A program made the position numbers and the translations under genes. Source: Elusimicrobiaceae bacterium (GTDB lineage: Bacteria > Elusimicrobiota > Elusimicrobia > Elusimicrobiales > Elusimicrobiaceae). Taken from it: a stretch of 64,000 bases of DNA. The DNA lies in NCBI GenBank assembly GCA_045586725.1, contig JAZNAY010000001.1:74161-138160 (forward strand), written 5' to 3'. Shown here piece after piece: positions 62,402 through 64,000 of the stretch. How positions within the stretch are numbered: the first letter of the stretch is position 1; every line of letters starts with the position of its first letter. Under the pieces are notes generated by a model. The model saw nothing but the letters and a program-made list of their open reading frames with translations. It did no database searches and was not told the origin of the DNA.

Positions 62402-63598
62402 ATGTTAGCAGATATTTTAAATTCTTTGCAAACACTTTGGGGCACAAGCGGCCTTGCAAATTTCACCGGCGGGCAAGTAGTAATGATTATCGTGTGTCTG
62501 ATAATCTTATGGCTCGGTATTGTCAAGCAATTTGAGCCTTTGCTTTTGATACCTATCGGGTTTGGCGGTTTGCTTTCCAATATTCCCGTCGCAGGAATTG
62601 CGGCTTTAAGCGTTACCAGCGTTGATCCTACCGGCACAGTTCATACTGTTTTCGGTGGTTTTTTAGGGCAAGTATATGGTTTTGGTATAGAGTCCGGCTT
62701 ATTTCCTTTGCTTATTTTTATGGGCGTTGGTGCTATGACGGATTTCGGGCCTTTAATTGCTAATCCTAGAACTTTACTTTTGGGCGCGGCAGCACAATTT
62801 GGTATATTTTTTACCATCTTCGGTGCTTTGATGCTTGGCGGTATTTCACCTGATTTAAGTTTTAGTATGAAAGAGGCAGCTTCTATCGGTATAATCGGCG
62901 GTGCAGACGGGCCGACTGCTATATTTTTAACCTCAAAACTTGCGCCTAATTTGCTTGGTGCAATTGCGGTTGCGGCTTATTCTTATATGGCACTTGTTCC
63001 GATAATTCAACCGCCTATAATGAAGTTTTTAACAACACCCGAAGAACGTAAAATCAGGATGGAACAACTTCGCCCCGTAACTAAAAGGGAAAAGATTATT
63101 TTTCCGATAATGGTTTTGCTTATGTGCGCAATGTTTATACCTGATGCTACGCCGTTAATCGGTTGTTTGATGTTTGGTAACTTAGTGAAAGAGTGTGGTG
63201 TTGTAAACCGACTTGCAAAAACAATGCAAAATGAGTTAATCAACATTGTTACCATTTTACTTGGTTTGGCGGTTGGCTCAAAACTTTCTGCAGATAAATT
63301 CTTGCAATTTAAGACGGTAGCAATTGTAATACTCGGTTTATGTGCTTTCTGTATTGGAACGGCTTCCGGTGTTTTGATTGCAAAGTTTATGAACTTATTT
63401 ACTAAAAATAAAGTTAACCCGCTTATTGGTGCGGCCGGTGTTTCCGCTGTTCCTATGGCGGCGCGTGTTGCAAATAAAGTTGGTCAAGAATTTGATAAAC
63501 AAAATTACTTGCTTATGCACGCAATGGGCCCCAATGTCGCGGGCGTAATCGGTTCTGCAGTGGCGGCAGGTATTTTGCTTGCTATGCTTGGTAGATAA
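62402..63598 (+). CDS. oadB: sodium ion-translocating decarboxylase beta subunit
   Basis: Polytopic 398-aa protein with OadB-family blocks ([29 protein letters not shown]). Confidence 0.9.
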   Translation: MLADILNSLQTLWGTSGLANFTGGQVVMIIVCLIILWLGIVKQFEPLLLIPIGFGGLLSNIPVAGIAALSVTSVDPTGTVHTVFGGFLGQVYGFGIESGLFPLLIFMGVGAMTDFGPLIANPRTLLLGAAAQFGIFFTIFGALMLGGISPDLSFSMKEAASIGIIGGADGPTAIFLTSKLAPNLLGAIAVAAYSYMALVPIIQPPIMKFLTTPEERKIRMEQLRPVTKREKIIFPIMVLLMCAMFIPDATPLIGCLMFGNLVKECGVVNRLAKTMQNELINIVTILLGLAVGSKLSADKFLQFKTVAIVILGLCAFCIGTASGVLIAKFMNLFTKNKVNPLIGAAGVSAVPMAARVANKVGQEFDKQNYLLMHAMGPNVAGVIGSAVAAGILLAMLGR

Positions 63599-63620
63599 GT
63601 AATTTGTAATTCTAACATTT

Positions 63621-63660
63621 AAAATACCCCCGCGCAAAATATAACGCGGGGGTATTATTA
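63621..63660. terminator. bidirectional terminator
   Basis: ATACCCCCGCG ... CGCGGGGGTAT. Confidence 0.7.
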
Positions 63661-63670
63661 TTGTAAATAT

Positions 63671-64000
63671 CTATTTAGCTTTTAAATACTGTACACTTCG
63701 TCCATTTTGTATTTGAACAGCGTTTATAATATCTTTGTTTATACGTAATCCTATATTATAATATCCTTCGGGAGCATAATCATCTACTTTATTATCGTGA
63801 GCAATATGTATTCCAATAATTTCGTCCGGTCTTTTCTTGAGAACGATAGGACCTCCACTGTTACCTGGGAGTGTATCCGCATTATGTCCAAAAGTATTGT
63901 TAGTATATACTTTCCAAAAACCTATGGAACCTTCTGATTTCCATAAAGTATCGTCCGGTTTATCATAGGGGCGGCCCATAGTTATGATGTTAGCAAATTT
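63671..64000 (-). CDS. trypsin-like (S1 family) serine peptidase, C-terminal part only (gene runs off the window)
   Basis: Active-site serine motif LPGNSGGPIV. The catalytic His/Asp region must lie beyond position 64000, and the reading frame is open to the window end. Confidence 0.55.
   Translation of the reverse strand, partial: KFANIITMGRPYDKPDDTLWKSEGSIGFWKVYTNNTFGHNADTLPGNSGGPIVLKKRPDEIIGIHIAHDNKVDDYAPEGYYNIGLRINKDIINAVQIQNGRSVQYLKAK

Overview
AT-rich bacterial chromosomal window of about 64 kb, densely coded and mostly housekeeping. I found no transposase, integrase, CRISPR array or recognisable defence operon.

Recognisable content:
- NAD synthesis: nadC, nadA
- Central metabolism: pyruvate phosphate dikinase, gpmI, adhE
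- Cell wall and shape: murI, pgeF, then mreC-mreD-mrdA-rodA followed by an RNase G/E gene
- Translation and RNA: efp preceded by two tandem M24 Xaa-Pro peptidases, tig, rpsO-pnp, rlmN, queC
- Repair, iron and lipid: uvrB, a FeoA-FeoB fusion, an LplT-Aas triple fusion
- Biotin-linked sodium pump: birA followed by oadG, oadA, oadB

RNA genes I can fold by hand are tRNA-Ser(GCT), tRNA-Lys(CTT), tRNA-Leu(TAG), tRNA-Val(CAC) and a type-A RNase P RNA. Several ORF-track entries are artefacts lying over these RNAs.

The accessory flavour comes from:
- six dispersed monocistronic prepilin-type (type IV pilin / pseudopilin-like) genes with Cys-rich variable C-termini
- ankyrin and ankyrin-like secreted proteins
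- a modular Cys-rich secreted protein

The combination is reminiscent of an anaerobic gut Elusimicrobia-like organism. That is inference only.

Observations most worth following up:
1. A family of roughly 172-175 bp intergenic elements (three full copies plus one fragment) that fold into a long hairpin. Stem changes between copies are compensatory and the core TCGCTTCGCTCC is invariant.
2. A block of about 60% G+C, roughly 170 nt, framed by tRNA-Ser-like acceptor ends next to the real tRNA-Ser.
3. A Cys-rich locus with a NifU/IscU-like protein plus a GGGtGRT-motif protein. It is transcribed divergently from an ArsP-type CxC permease that is translationally coupled to an unannotated 39-aa CCHC microprotein.
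4. A T14 tract forming the -35/-10 spacer of one pilin promoter, a candidate for phase variation.
5. A conserved 31-bp TAGGTC-N18-TAGGTCC composite motif upstream of secreted-protein genes and of the birA/oad operon.
6. Two identical AGTTATCCACA (perfect DnaA-box) 11-mers 126 bp apart in a convergent intergenic region.

All family assignments come from motif recognition by eye. No database search was run.
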